Position numbers and translations under genes: made by a program
Origin: an uncultured virus (IMG/VR IMGVR_UViG_3300035208_003016)
Taxonomy: Duplodnaviria > Heunggongvirae > Uroviricota > Caudoviricetes
DNA: 64,000 nucleotides
Direction: 5' to 3' (one strand)
Virus record (IMG/VR): IMGVR_UViG_3300035208_003016
Part shown: piece after piece, positions 35,362 to 47,565 of the stretch
How positions within the stretch are numbered: the stretch's first letter is position 1
Layout of the letters: the number at the start of each line of letters is the position of its first letter
Notes under the pieces: generated by a model
What the model was told of the DNA's origin: nothing
The model's database searches: none
What the model saw: the letters and a program-made list of their open reading frames with translations, nothing else

Positions 35362-35931
35362 CTATAACATAAGTTGAAGATCTACTGGTAGTTTATTTGA
35401 TCGACTATAATTTAAAATAATTTGAGCTAGAATAGAAGCTATCACAACGTTACCGTATTCAATTTCTTTACGTTCTATTTGAAATGGATTTTGACACGAT
35501 GAACTTTTAGTATCAGAAGATAATGTTTGTTCATAGTTCTTAGTGTCACTGCTAAATATACCTATGGCTCGTCCATTAGCTCGACTATCTATAAATGGAA
35601 TTCTATTATCTATCCAGTTACGATAAGCTTCATGACGTATCTTGTTATTATCAGCACAAAGTATTACAAGATCACATTGTTTAAGATCGTTATAATCTAA
35701 TCGTTTAATATTAAAATTAATATTAAAATATCTATAAGATAAAGCATCACTTTTATAACTATCGATATCTTTAGTAGTAAAATTCTGATAAAGTATATTT
35801 TTAAGTTCTACTTTATCATCGTCGTAGAATGTAAAATTCATATTTTTAATTTGTTTAAGTTCTATTAATCTATCTAGATGATGGACTGTATATCCGCCTA
35901 TTCCACCATTTCCGATTCCGATCACATTCAT
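35362..35931 (-). CDS. ThiF/MoeB/E1-family adenylyltransferase
   Basis: GNGGIG Rossmann loop, YDDDKVELKNILYQNF, K, CADN, IDSR; candidate catalytic Cys in SSCQ. Confidence 0.85.
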   Translation of the reverse strand: MNVIGIGNGGIGGYTVHHLDRLIELKQIKNMNFTFYDDDKVELKNILYQNFTTKDIDSYKSDALSYRYFNINFNIKRLDYNDLKQCDLVILCADNNKIRHEAYRNWIDNRIPFIDSRANGRAIGIFSSDTKNYEQTLSSDTKSSSCQNPFQIERKEIEYGNVVIASILAQIILNYSRSNKLPVDLQLML

Positions 35932-35940
35932 AATTAATCC

Positions 35941-36852
35941 TTATAATTTATTTTCTAATTTATATTTTTCATTATTAAATTCACATTTAAAATCCATACA
36001 ATATTTTTTACAAATAATATCATTATTAGAATTATGATTATTAAACCAATTTAGTCTATCTTGATAGATATTATTTTTTAATAATCCAATTGGATTTCCA
36101 TTTTCTCTAGCATATACTAAACAAGGATAATGATAATTACCAACAATAGATATATCATTTTTAACTAAATAACATTTTGAACTATCATTATATGATAAAC
36201 CTCTCATTGTTAAACCTTGTTTAAATCTATTAATTCTATAATTTAAAATAGGATATTTATTAAAATTTATATTACAAAACTTCGGAAACACTTCATCTTT
36301 AGTATTTATACTTAATTTAATATCATTTACTCCCATTGCTAATATATATGTAATTATATCATTAATTCTATTTACATTAATATTATCAATAACTAATCCA
36401 ATATTGACATAATTTATTTTTGATAATTTTATTATATTAGTAAAAATTTTGTAAATATTTTTGTAACCTCTAGTTTTGAGAATATCTATATCATAATCAT
36501 CTAATGAAATTGAAAACATATCTATATTTAAACTTTTATAAAATTCAAAATCAGCACTACCATTTGTTGATAATCCTAATTTTATATTTTGTTTTTTTAT
36601 AAAATCACATAATTGTTTTAATTTAGGATATAGTGTTGGTTCTCCACCAGTTAGTTGAATATGATGTAATGTATTTTTATTATTTAATATAAATTCACAA
36701 ATATTATTATAATTTATCTCTGATTTTAATTTATTACAATATGTACATGAAAAATTACAATTATATGTTACTGCTATTTCACAATACCAAAATCCATTAT
36801 CATTATAATTTAATCGTTCTTGTGTAATTTCACTAAAACCAGTATTTAACAT
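35941..36852 (-). CDS. radical SAM protein (MoaA-like N-terminus)
   Basis: CNFSCTYC, LTGGEPT, STNG, SISLD; C-terminal C...YPC...C...C...C. Confidence 0.85.
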   Translation of the reverse strand: MLNTGFSEITQERLNYNDNGFWYCEIAVTYNCNFSCTYCNKLKSEINYNNICEFILNNKNTLHHIQLTGGEPTLYPKLKQLCDFIKKQNIKLGLSTNGSADFEFYKSLNIDMFSISLDDYDIDILKTRGYKNIYKIFTNIIKLSKINYVNIGLVIDNINVNRINDIITYILAMGVNDIKLSINTKDEVFPKFCNINFNKYPILNYRINRFKQGLTMRGLSYNDSSKCYLVKNDISIVGNYHYPCLVYARENGNPIGLLKNNIYQDRLNWFNNHNSNNDIICKKYCMDFKCEFNNEKYKLENKL

Positions 36853-37120
36853 AGTTAATTCTCATAATTTATTTGTATTTGATCTAGATTACTATTAACT
36901 AGATATATACTATTTATTCTTTTATCTAATGGAATATCATTAAATACTATACAATTATCTGGATCAATAAATGTTTTTGATTTTTTACTCCAAGCCCATT
37001 TTGATTCTATTCTAACTTTAGCTTTAGTAATATCTATAACATAAGTTAAATATTTATATTCATTTGAACATATATGTAATACATAATCACCAATACGTAT
37101 TTCTCTTCCTAGAAAGTCTT

Positions 37121-37552
37121 TCATACGTCTCCTTTTATATAACTATCAAATTCAGAATTAGTCATATTTAATTTATCTTTAGTATCTTTAAGTTCTTTAA
37201 GTAATTTAATAAAATCAGAAAATTTAAGAGCACAATAATCTTCTGAATGATTACGAGAGAATATAAGTAATGGTGGATGTTTACGATTATCACTTTCAGC
37301 TTGTTTAAGAGCTGACCATATATTTAATTTCTCTTGATTTTTATTTTCTATACTAAATGGTATACATTCTCTAGCTTTTTCTGAAAGTTTAATGTCCTCG
37401 CCTGGAACACCACCTGGTGTGGGGTAAACACAATCTTCAGATAAGTTAAATGTTGTACGTATAAGTTCAGCTATTCGTTGAGATAAACGTCTTCCCTTCG
37501 ATTTTGATGCAGCAATGCTTATACGCTTCTTTTTCTTTATAATTTCAGTCAC
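37121..37552 (-). CDS. phage Holliday-junction-resolvase-like nuclease
   Basis: SKSKGRRL, G.D, IENKNQEKLNIWSALKQAE, P.LIF.RN. Confidence 0.65.
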   Translation of the reverse strand: MTEIIKKKKRISIAASKSKGRRLSQRIAELIRTTFNLSEDCVYPTPGGVPGEDIKLSEKARECIPFSIENKNQEKLNIWSALKQAESDNRKHPPLLIFSRNHSEDYCALKFSDFIKLLKELKDTKDKLNMTNSEFDSYIKGDV

Positions 37553-38551
37553 GTAAGTTAATTCCTTTTGATTTATTTTCGTTTATAAATTTTTCACATA
37601 TCCAGATGACATCTTTTTCTTTTCTATAACCTAAAAGATATCTTAAATGATCTTTCTGTCCTTGAGATGTATATTTAGGAGATGTTCGTATAATGCAATA
37701 ACCTCGTTGAGATGATAAATTCTTAAATCCAGCACATAAAAAATCATAAGATCTTAATAATGTATTAATAGAACTATAATTTTTAAGACCAAGTATAATA
37801 TGATAATGTCTATGTGAAGTTAAAACAACATCTATATCATTAATACTTGAATCCTGTATAAGTATATTACATTGAGATTGAATACAATCAAAATTTTCAC
37901 CATCAATGTCTAGAGGACATATTTTAGAATTATATATATCAAATATAAGACCATATGCATAATAGTCTATATTATTCAAATCTATAATACTATTAAATGG
38001 TTCTAAATATATTTCTGATGAGTGTTCATATTTAAGTGAATGAGTATATATAACTTTTTTATATGAATCTAGATATCTATCAGAATGGTATAAGGTCGTG
38101 ATATAATTTGAATAATTTATTTGTTGTATCATTACTTAAAACCTGATGTTCTATAATAGGTTTGTAAAATAATCCAGATGAATTAATTATAACTTCTTCT
38201 TTAATATCACAATCTAATATTGGTCGAAATATATCTATATCATGGCCAAATAATTCTATTTCATGTGATGATATACGCTTAAGACCTTTTAATCTTAAAA
38301 CTTCAGATCTAGATATTATTCTAATTGATCTTATAAAAGTATTATTCATTAATGTTGATTGTAATATATTAAGTTTTCGACCCATATAATAGAAACCATC
38401 TTTAGATTCTGTTATTATATAAAGCTTCCATGATGGTTCTTGAATGTCTGATCTTAAATTAATTTTAGTATGTTTAATTATATCTGTACAATATTCAAAT
38501 GAAAAATTATAGATATAAGCTAATTTTAATAATCTTTTAAGATATATAATA

Positions 38552-38770
38552 TCAGTCAGGGGGATAAAATGCTGCTTTGTTTCCTCCACCAAGGAGGTGT
38601 TGTGGTACTGTGGTTCCACTACTTGGTCTGAAGTTATATGTTGTTGCACTATATTTCCTCTGCATAGGTTCATTACATATTTTACACGTTACTATTTCAT
38701 CGTAACGTTTAACAACTACTTCATTTTCACTATTTCCACAATGTGTACAAAAAAAGTCTAATATTCTCAT
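38552..38770 (-). CDS. FmdB-like zinc-ribbon protein
   Basis: MRILDFFCTHCG...CKICNEPMQRKYS. Confidence 0.6.
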   Translation of the reverse strand: MRILDFFCTHCGNSENEVVVKRYDEIVTCKICNEPMQRKYSATTYNFRPSSGTTVPQHLLGGGNKAAFYPPD

Positions 38771-38942
38771 ACTATTTCTTCTATTGTTATTTTATATTTC
38801 TTATCTAATAACTTATCTACTTTAATAAAATTTTTAGAAGTATATTTTAATTCAAATTGTTGATCTTTATCTTTAAATTTAATAACACTTGGATTAATAT
38901 GAGATAAGAATGATTCTTCTATTATTGGATATAATTCATATT

Positions 38943-39533
38943 TCATTTAGATAGTTCCTCATATTTCTTTTTTATAGCATTCCAATCATTTAGCTTAATC
39001 TGTTCTTTATATACATAATTTTCTACTTTACTACGTTCTTCATAATATGAAGCTTTGTTTGTAGTAAATATAGGAATATTTTCATGAGTTCCAATTTGTT
39101 TACCATGAAAATCCTGAATTAAAAACTTACGTTTAAAGAAACAAAACTGAGGATGTTCATCAAAACATACAATAAGTTTAGGAGCGATAATATCAGTAAG
39201 CTTTCGAACAAAATAACTAAATGATTTAATATTTTTAGGATTAATATCTACGTTTGGTATAAGAAAGTCATAAGTAATAAAATACTTATCAATCTTAAGT
39301 TCAGTCATAAGATTAATTATAACTTTATCATCTGGAGAATCAAAAAACTTTGAACTTGGTGGATCTCCTATAAGAAGAACTCCAGATCCAAAGTTAGAAA
39401 CGTTGCCATAAAATAATTTAATCTTACTTTTTTTTACTTCTAAATTAAGATTCTTTTGATATGTTTGTATCTCAATTCTTAAATCATTAAGTTGTTCTTC
39501 AGTTGTTTTATTTATTGAAAATAAGTCTATCAT
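38943..39533 (-). CDS. uracil-DNA glycosylase-fold protein (degenerate)
   Basis: FYGN...VLLIGDPP, IIAPKLIVCF, IPIFTT resemble family-4 UDG but catalytic residues are altered. Confidence 0.45.
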   Translation of the reverse strand: MIDLFSINKTTEEQLNDLRIEIQTYQKNLNLEVKKSKIKLFYGNVSNFGSGVLLIGDPPSSKFFDSPDDKVIINLMTELKIDKYFITYDFLIPNVDINPKNIKSFSYFVRKLTDIIAPKLIVCFDEHPQFCFFKRKFLIQDFHGKQIGTHENIPIFTTNKASYYEERSKVENYVYKEQIKLNDWNAIKKKYEELSK

Positions 39534-39915
39534 TTATCCTGGTCCAAAATCTGTATATTTTCGAGCTGTAATAGTATTTAATCTAAGCATAGTCTTTTCT
39601 TGTTCTTTTTCTAACCAATTCATAGCTTTTTGATTTTCAGATAGTTCTATATAACTATCTCTAAGTTGTATATTTTTAGGTCTAGATACTTCTGTTTCAA
39701 TAGGATCCATTAAGATATCAGTACTAGATATAACTACTTTATCATCATGATAAGCTGTTCTATTAGTAGCAACTATCTTAGAACCACATTTAGGACATTC
39801 AAAAGTATCACCAGCGTATACATGACTTCCATCAAAACTATATCGTACTTTAGTTCCAGTATGAACACATTGCATTTCTTTAAGACATGACGTGCATATA
39901 TACATAGTTATTTTT

Positions 39916-40383
39916 CTAATGTTTAATGAAAGTTTTACCATTGTCATTAGTATATAATCGTTCTATTATCATAAAAAACATATTATCTTTAATTGTTACA
40001 TGTTTTTTAATTACTTTAAAATAATCTGATATAGAAGAATCATAACACATATAAATATTATTTTTTTTAAATCCTTCAAAATCGTTATCTGTATGATTTT
40101 CACAAATACATTCTTCATATGTATTAGGATCTATATAATATTTTTCATAGACAGATATTTCATTATCATCATAAGATTCATGAAATTTAACTAAGTATTG
40201 ATCTTTATCTAATTTATTTTTATAATCTAAATATTCTGATGTATTATATAGTAAATAATATTCATTTAAAGTATAATCTATAACTTTTTGTTTTTTAATA
40301 ATATTTTTTAAGTTAAATTTATTTGTTATTATAATAAAACTAGAGCTACTAGAATTACTTACGAATCCGTTACGAGTTTTCAT
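39916..40383 (-). CDS. GFVSNSSSSS-motif family protein (outside the array)
   Basis: N-terminus MKTRNGFVSNSSSSSF. Confidence 0.8.
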   Translation of the reverse strand: MKTRNGFVSNSSSSSFIIITNKFNLKNIIKKQKVIDYTLNEYYLLYNTSEYLDYKNKLDKDQYLVKFHESYDDNEISVYEKYYIDPNTYEECICENHTDNDFEGFKKNNIYMCYDSSISDYFKVIKKHVTIKDNMFFMIIERLYTNDNGKTFIKH

Positions 40384-40956
40384 TTCGTCCCCAATTTAGA
40401 AGTTATATATTTATCTATATAAGTATCAAATCCAAATAATTTAGTAAGATTACTCTTTTTAAGCATACAAGAAATATCTTCTTCAGATATATTATAACAG
40501 TTAGCTACATGAAGTTTAGTTCTACAATGAGTCATAAGACTATAAGGATAACTTCTTGTTGGTTGTCTTATTCTAGAACAACATGATTGTTCATCTGTTG
40601 GATACCAACGCTGTGCATTGTCAAATTGACCATCTGGATGGATCATTCGTTCTTTAAGCTTTATGTATTCTATTGTAGCTTTAACTATGTTTAGATCTAA
40701 GTTATCTGTTCTGAGATTAATCATAGGTTATAATAATCCTTAAATGATTCGATAGATTCATCTAATGTCTTTATACATTTATTTATATTTTCTTCATTTT
40801 CAGAACTTAATTTAAACTTAATATGTTGTTTTTTAAATATAATTCCAGTTTCTTCATAATCTAAATCAAGTTTAATATCATAATCAAAAGCTAATTCTTT
40901 TAAAAATGGTATAAACTTTGATGATTTTGGTATTATACAACTATATTTATAACTTA

Positions 40957-42618
40957 TCATATCTTCATCTCACGTAAGAATTTTGGTTTTTGTCCACTAT
41001 AACTTATATATAGTTTTTGTTCTGGACGTGTGATCGATACGTAATACAAACGACGTTCGCTTTCCAAATCATAATCTTTACCGTTTTGTGGATCAAATTG
41101 ATTACACCAAGGCATTATAATTATTCTCTTTTGTAAACCTTTAAAACTGTGAATCGTTGACAATTGCACTAAAGCATTATCTTCACCAAGATTACTTTCA
41201 CCATTAAGACCAAGATCATTACTTATATCTCTTATATCAGAAGTATTAATTAAATATTCTTTAGAGATATCTCTTATAAAACTTTTCATATCGTCTTGAT
41301 AATCAAATGAAGGTATAAAATATTTTTCTATAAACAAAGCTAGAAGTTCAAGATTACTATTTTTATTACTGTTAAAGAAACTTATAATGCTTATAATACT
41401 ATCATACTTTTTATGATTTTTAGGATCGTGGAACAAGTCTAGAAGGTATTCATTAAGCTTACGATTTTTAATGTTCTTTTTAATATACTCTACTGTTGTT
41501 TTACCAATGCCTCTGAGAGCTTTAGAAGCTATTTCTAGGTCATAAATGTCACCAGTCTGTCCTGCTAGCTTCATACAGGAGATCATCACTTTAATGGCAC
41601 TTCTGTCGCTTATCTCAAGACTATCATTAACCTTATACTTGATGTTAGCTTTTTTAAGCGCAAATTCTAGATGATTTTTATATAATCGATTACGATAAAG
41701 TATAGCTATCTCTTCGTTTTTATTTTGCTTACACTTGGTTATTATCCATTCTATTTCATCCATTGGATTTTTAGCTTCGAATGTAAGTATTACTCCATCT
41801 TCTTGATTAAAAGATTTTATTTCTTTTTTGATACGATCTTTGTTATGTTCAATGACTCTTACTGATGCTTCGACTATATTTTTACAAGATCTGAAATTTA
41901 TTCCCATATTTAAGATTTTACAATTAAATATCTTTATAAAATCTGTTACGTTTTCAGGTCTCGCTCCTCTAAATCTGTACAAAATCTGGTCATCATCGGC
42001 AACCCCAATCATATTACAATTTAATTTTAGTTGTAAAGCTTTAAGCATTTCTAACTGTGGAAAGTTGGAGTCCTGTAATTCATCTGTCAAGATGTGAGTG
42101 ATCTTAGGTAAAGTTAAATTAGGAATAAGTTCTATAATTTTATAGATCATATCATCAAAATCTATAAGATTATATTTATCTAGTTCATTATTATATTTAA
42201 TTATTTCTTCACTTTGTTCTAGGGGCCAATCTGATTTTGCTTTAGAAATTAGATCTGTTATTTCTTCAAGTTTGTTTTTATCTTTTTTACAATCAAATAC
42301 TTTTCTAATTATAAGACGTTTTTTACCCTCATCACATATATTCCAATGAATATTGTTTCTTCTTGCAAAAGTATTAGCAAGTCCATGAAAAGTTCCACCA
42401 ATAATTCTAGATTGATCTACTTTATTACATTTAGAAATTATGCTTTGACTTGCTTTATTGGTGAATGAAACTAAACATACATAATTATTAGGATCTTGAA
42501 GTATCTTTTCTGCTATAAATGATAGCATTGTACTTTTTCCTGAGCCAGGTGCGCTGCTAACGTATAGATTATTATGTGATTCGTTTAATATTATCTGTTG
42601 TTCTTCTGTAAGATTCAT
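40957..42618 (-). CDS. uvrD: UvrD/PcrA-family SF1 helicase
   Basis: APGSGKS, FTNKA, GTFH, DELQD, DDDQILYRFRGA, NFRS, AILYRN, STIHSFKGLQ, ERRLYYVSITR. Confidence 0.92.
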   Translation of the reverse strand: MNLTEEQQIILNESHNNLYVSSAPGSGKSTMLSFIAEKILQDPNNYVCLVSFTNKASQSIISKCNKVDQSRIIGGTFHGLANTFARRNNIHWNICDEGKKRLIIRKVFDCKKDKNKLEEITDLISKAKSDWPLEQSEEIIKYNNELDKYNLIDFDDMIYKIIELIPNLTLPKITHILTDELQDSNFPQLEMLKALQLKLNCNMIGVADDDQILYRFRGARPENVTDFIKIFNCKILNMGINFRSCKNIVEASVRVIEHNKDRIKKEIKSFNQEDGVILTFEAKNPMDEIEWIITKCKQNKNEEIAILYRNRLYKNHLEFALKKANIKYKVNDSLEISDRSAIKVMISCMKLAGQTGDIYDLEIASKALRGIGKTTVEYIKKNIKNRKLNEYLLDLFHDPKNHKKYDSIISIISFFNSNKNSNLELLALFIEKYFIPSFDYQDDMKSFIRDISKEYLINTSDIRDISNDLGLNGESNLGEDNALVQLSTIHSFKGLQKRIIIMPWCNQFDPQNGKDYDLESERRLYYVSITRPEQKLYISYSGQKPKFLREMKI

Positions 42619-43251
42619 CTATAAATATATCTCCAAATCTTCAGCACTAGCTTTTACTAAATTGGTTGAATCTACAAATACTTTAGTGTCTAGTTTTACT
42701 TTTTGTGGTGTAAAATCTTTTATCTTAACCACTTTAAGATGATTACCGTATTTTGTATGAACTATTCTAAAACAGATATCATCTATTTGAAGTTCTCGTT
42801 TAAAATAATCTTTCATTCATCTTCCTTTTCATCTAATCTATATGGACGATCTTCTGCGTAGTTCCAATGACGAATATCATCTAAACATATATAAAAATTT
42901 ATTTTAAATAATGTTAATTCAAAATTCCATCCAAAATGATCACCTTTATTATTATATTGTAATAAAATAGTAAAAGGAGAATATCGATCATTTATTATAC
43001 CTATTGAGAATCTTTTTAATTTAAATATTTTAGAATATCCTATATTTTTCATTAATAACTTTCTCCAAGTATAAAATGTTCATCATATGTTTTAAATACG
43101 TTTTGTGGATAAACATGATGTTTATCATCTAAAATTAAACGATCTTTATTAAAATGAGTTATTCTTCTTGGTACTAAACGTACATAATTTCTAGATGCTC
43201 GTATATGTACAACAATATCTCCAATATTTAATTCTGTTCCAAGTCTATCTT

Positions 43252-44382
43252 TCATAATGCACCGTCTTCTTCAATTTCTTCATCTTCGTTCGTTGGTATA
43301 TAGTTCATAACCAGTTTTGTATATGCATCCATTAGTTGAGGTTCTAGATATGCTATTAGATCATCTGGAGCTTTTTCAACACTTTCTTTAATACCTCTTG
43401 ATTTAAATTCTTTAGGTTCTCCATTTACTTCATAAGTAATATGTTTACCATCCCAAATTTCAAGATCTTTTGCAATACATAGGACGTTAAAGCGATGGTC
43501 AAATGCCCCATGATAGAAATATATTTTTATAGAATTTAAACGATATCGATCTTTTACCTTGCTTTTTAAAATAGTCAGTTTAACTGGAAAGCTATTTGGA
43601 GGAGCTTTTTCACCTTCTTTTACTGGAAATTGAGCATCACCCATTCTGGTCATTTTAACGTTTAAAACGTTATAATGTTTAAGAGCATTACCACCAGTTT
43701 CTTTTTCTTTATCACGAGCCATTGATGTAATATCAGTACGCACTTGAGAAGCTAGAATAAGTGTAAGCATGTCCATTGCTTTAGAAGTATACATTCGAAG
43801 GAATTGACTGTATAATCTAGGAAGTAAAGCCATAGTATCATCATTTGTAGAGCGTTCTGTATCACTAGGAGTTCCGTCTTTCTTCTTACCTTTATAAAGT
43901 TCTTTACCTGAAGCAAGAGCTTGTAAGGTATCAATAATAAGACAATCTACTCCACTTTCATCATCTGAACATTTCATAACGAAATCAAGGTTTTCTTCAG
44001 CAAGTCTAGGTTCATAGACAAGTGTAGCTTTTGGATTACAGCCTTGTTTAATTGCCCATTCACGATCAAAACTTTTTTCAGCTGGAATATATGCAGTAAC
44101 AAAGTCAGTAAAAATCTTTTGCCAATATGCAATAGATACAAGAAACTTAGTTGTTTTACCAACACTTTCACCACCTACAAGCTGATTAATTTTATTCTTG
44201 ACCCATCCTCCACCAGTAAGTACATCGAAACCGATTATACCTGTAGGAAGACGTTCTATTTTACCGATGTTCTCTTTTTCATCTAGAAATCCTATTTTAG
44301 TCTTATCTGGATCTAGTTTATTATCTTTAATGAAACTATCTATAAGCTTATTTAAAGCTTTCTTTTTTTCTTTGCTAATCAT
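43252..44382 (-). CDS. recA: RecA/UvsX-family recombinase
   Basis: LPTG..GFD.LTGGG, GGESVGKTT, IIDT, SQVR, TGGNALKHY. Confidence 0.88.
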   Translation of the reverse strand: MISKEKKKALNKLIDSFIKDNKLDPDKTKIGFLDEKENIGKIERLPTGIIGFDVLTGGGWVKNKINQLVGGESVGKTTKFLVSIAYWQKIFTDFVTAYIPAEKSFDREWAIKQGCNPKATLVYEPRLAEENLDFVMKCSDDESGVDCLIIDTLQALASGKELYKGKKKDGTPSDTERSTNDDTMALLPRLYSQFLRMYTSKAMDMLTLILASQVRTDITSMARDKEKETGGNALKHYNVLNVKMTRMGDAQFPVKEGEKAPPNSFPVKLTILKSKVKDRYRLNSIKIYFYHGAFDHRFNVLCIAKDLEIWDGKHITYEVNGEPKEFKSRGIKESVEKAPDDLIAYLEPQLMDAYTKLVMNYIPTNEDEEIEEDGAL

Positions 44383-44489
44383 TCTATGTCCTTAATCAAA
44401 AATTGATAATAATAGTGTTATTAACATTAATGGTATTTGAATTATATCATCTAATATATCTAAAAACCAATTATCTTTACGTTTTTCTT

Positions 44490-44786
44490 TCATTTTATAT
44501 ATAATTTTTCTATTTTAATAATTAAAATATTATTTTTATTTATTTTAACTTTACCTAATATTTCTACATAGTCATTTATTTTAACTAAACAAAAATTATC
44601 AAATAATATTTTATTTGTTTCTCTAACTTCAAATAATATTTTATTTCCATTATTATCAGAAATATATCCAAATAATAATTTATTAAATTTTTTTATTGTT
44701 GTAATATATCCACTAGTAGTAATAATTAAATCAATATCATCATTACTAATTTTATCAATTAACATATTATTTCTCAAATAAATCAC
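44490..44786 (-). CDS. small OB-fold protein
   Basis: SGYITTIK...FGYISD...INDYVEILGKV pattern. Confidence 0.4.
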   Translation of the reverse strand: MIYLRNNMLIDKISNDDIDLIITTSGYITTIKKFNKLLFGYISDNNGNKILFEVRETNKILFDNFCLVKINDYVEILGKVKINKNNILIIKIEKLYIK

Positions 44787-45291
44787 ACATAGTTAAATCA
44801 TCATATTTAACTTTTAGAGATTTACCTATACTTTCATATTTATTAGTTATTTTATTTTTTATATTGTTAAATAAATTAAGTAATTTGTTACTAAGCTTTG
44901 TACTATAAGTTATTTGATTAATATTAGATAATCTAGATATATCGTTTTCTAAACGAGCCATACCTTTTTTAACAGTTATATATTTTATAAAATCTTCTAC
45001 ATATTCAGAAGTGTTTTTATTTATAATTACCGATAAAATAGTTTCAGATTGGTTAGCTGTAACAAATAATGGAAATTTATCTTGAAGTTTACATGCATCA
45101 AGCAATCTCAATATATCTTTTTCGAGTAATCCATGATTTTTATGTTCAGTATATTTACACTGAGCTATTATGTTATTAGATATTATGTCTTCTTCTTTCT
45201 TAGCATTTCCACTACCTTTTGGTTTTACACTGTCATCACCTTTTAATAAATTTTCTACATAATCTTCAAGATCTTGCCAAGATTTCAACAT
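44767..45291 (-). CDS. PD-(D/E)XK / resolvase-like nuclease
   Basis: E..V...KGSGN...D.....QCKYT. Confidence 0.5.
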   Translation of the reverse strand: MLKSWQDLEDYVENLLKGDDSVKPKGSGNAKKEEDIISNNIIAQCKYTEHKNHGLLEKDILRLLDACKLQDKFPLFVTANQSETILSVIINKNTSEYVEDFIKYITVKKGMARLENDISRLSNINQITYSTKLSNKLLNLFNNIKNKITNKYESIGKSLKVKYDDLTMCDLFEK

Positions 45292-46968
45292 AATTTTGAC
45301 TTTCTAAATTTCACGGGAATTTTTTATAAATCTCTCGCGTGTAGCGATTAGAATTCTTCTTTATAAAATGGTTGTGGAGATAAATTTCTTAAAGATTGTT
45401 GACTTTCATAATTTTTTAACATAGTTTCTAATATTTGTTTTTGATCAGAAGTTAATGTTTTATCTTTTAAATTTCTTTTTGTAGTTTCAATAGCTCTTTC
45501 AAGTTGAGTCATAAATACTCCTTATAATACTTCAAATATTTTAAATATTTCATATATATTACAATAATACTCATTATTTTCTTTTTTAATAAGATTTTTA
45601 GTATCAATTAAAGTATCTTCGATTCCTTTTTTCTCAGAATCTGTAAGTAATTGATTAAGTCGTCTTTGAATTATTTGACGTGTTTGTATCTTAGCTTGTT
45701 CTATGTCTATTTGTTGTTCTAGAGATATAACCCTTGCAAGTTGTACAATGTTATTTTCAACTGCATCTATGAAATATTTAGAATTTACATTAATCGAAGA
45801 AGTCTGTTGCACTTACGCTCTCCTTTTTAACGTTAAACAACTCATCAGTTTTACGAGCTGTTTCTTTAAGAATTTCTATAAATTCTTTATGTTTTTCTGG
45901 ATCTTCTTTAGAATTCATTGTAAGTATCTGAAGACCACAAAGAGCTTTTAATAAATATTTAGTTTCATCATCTAGATTATGATAACTTTTAACGTGACAT
46001 TCACCTATTGTTTTTTCTTTTACATTAATATCCATACAGTATCCTAAAGTTCTATTGTATCATCACTAAGCTGTTGTTCTATAACTTTTGGCTTTTCTTT
46101 TTCTTTTTGTTTTTTAACTTCTTTCATAGATATTTTATTCTTTTTAAGATATTCTATAAGACCTCGATATATAATACTATTCTCTTCAAGTTTATCTTCT
46201 TGAAGCATTTTTGAAGCTTGTTCATAATATTTCTTATCAGCTTTTCCAAGTAAGTATTCAACATCAGCATGATTAGTAAGATCAAGCAAAGCTTCATCTA
46301 GATTAATATTTTCTAATTCTTTAAGTAAAATACTATCAGCAGTTATACCAATTGCCATCTTACTAAGACTATCTCTGAAGAGATCGCTCAACGTTTTAGG
46401 ATTAATATTTTCTGGAAGTTTCTTTGTATTTATAAGATATTTAATATCTTCAGATACGTCTACGTTATCAATGTGTTCTTTCATTATAAGTCTAAATGCT
46501 GGACTCATAGAGATAGCTTTAAGATAACTACCATAAGCAGCACTTTTTTTAAAGTTATTAAGATCATTGTTATCTTTTACTGAAAGACTATATCCTAGAC
46601 TAATCATTTGGATCTCCTTAGAAAAGCATCTTGTTCTTGATCGAGTCGATGTTGTTTAATTTTAGCAACCCAAGAGTTAAATTGTTCTACAGTTACTTCT
46701 ATAAAATACATCTTGAGTTGAGCGTAAAATTGATTAACTCCAACTATTGGTGATTCTTCAGCGTTAAAACCTACAAGAAAACATCTATCTGTAGAAGCAT
46801 CCATTGTAGGAACTATTTCATAACCGATTTCACTAGCATTCTTTTCAAATTCAGAGATACTTGAAGCTTCCCAGAATTCAGTTTCTTTATTACCAGATAG
46901 CTTACCTTTAAGTTCCTGTGCAAATATTTTTAAGATATTTGGCATATTTCCAGCACTTTTAATTTGTT

Positions 46969-47565
46969 TCATGTAATTATTTCTCCAGTTTTACTATCGA
47001 ATCGTACAAGATAACGTCTTAAGAATTGATTACCAATACGACAGTTTTCAAAGATATCTATATATCTAGATTTAAATAATTGTTCTTCTTCTGTTACATT
47101 TCTTATCCAGATGCTATATTTAAATAAATTATATTTTTTATTAAGTTCTTCTATAGGACTATATATATGACCGTTTTTTGTAGGATCTTGTCTTATTTGA
47201 GATGTTATAATTATATGACCTTTTAATGAAGATTTGATCATTGGTATAACATTTCGGGAGACCATTAAAGCATCTCCAGGATCTAAAATAAGATAATCTA
47301 TTTCGTAATTTATATACTCAAGAAAATTAATTAATAAACTTAAAGATTCTTTATGAAATATAACATTTTGATATACATCTTGATGGTATTTTTTAACAAA
47401 CTCTTGATCTATGTCTTTAGATGGATTATAATATAATATACTTTTATTTTGATGTAAAAGCAAATTAGATAAATATAATGTAAAAACAGTACTTCCATTA
47501 CCAGAAGGTGCTGTAATAATTATATTATTGTCTAAGACAAATTCGTTTATAAGTTCTTTCAACAT
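46969..47565 (-). CDS. degenerate RecA-fold P-loop protein
   Basis: APSGNGST (Walker A lacking Lys), LILD, TSQIR. Confidence 0.45.
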   Translation of the reverse strand: MLKELINEFVLDNNIIITAPSGNGSTVFTLYLSNLLLHQNKSILYYNPSKDIDQEFVKKYHQDVYQNVIFHKESLSLLINFLEYINYEIDYLILDPGDALMVSRNVIPMIKSSLKGHIIITSQIRQDPTKNGHIYSPIEELNKKYNLFKYSIWIRNVTEEEQLFKSRYIDIFENCRIGNQFLRRYLVRFDSKTGEIIT

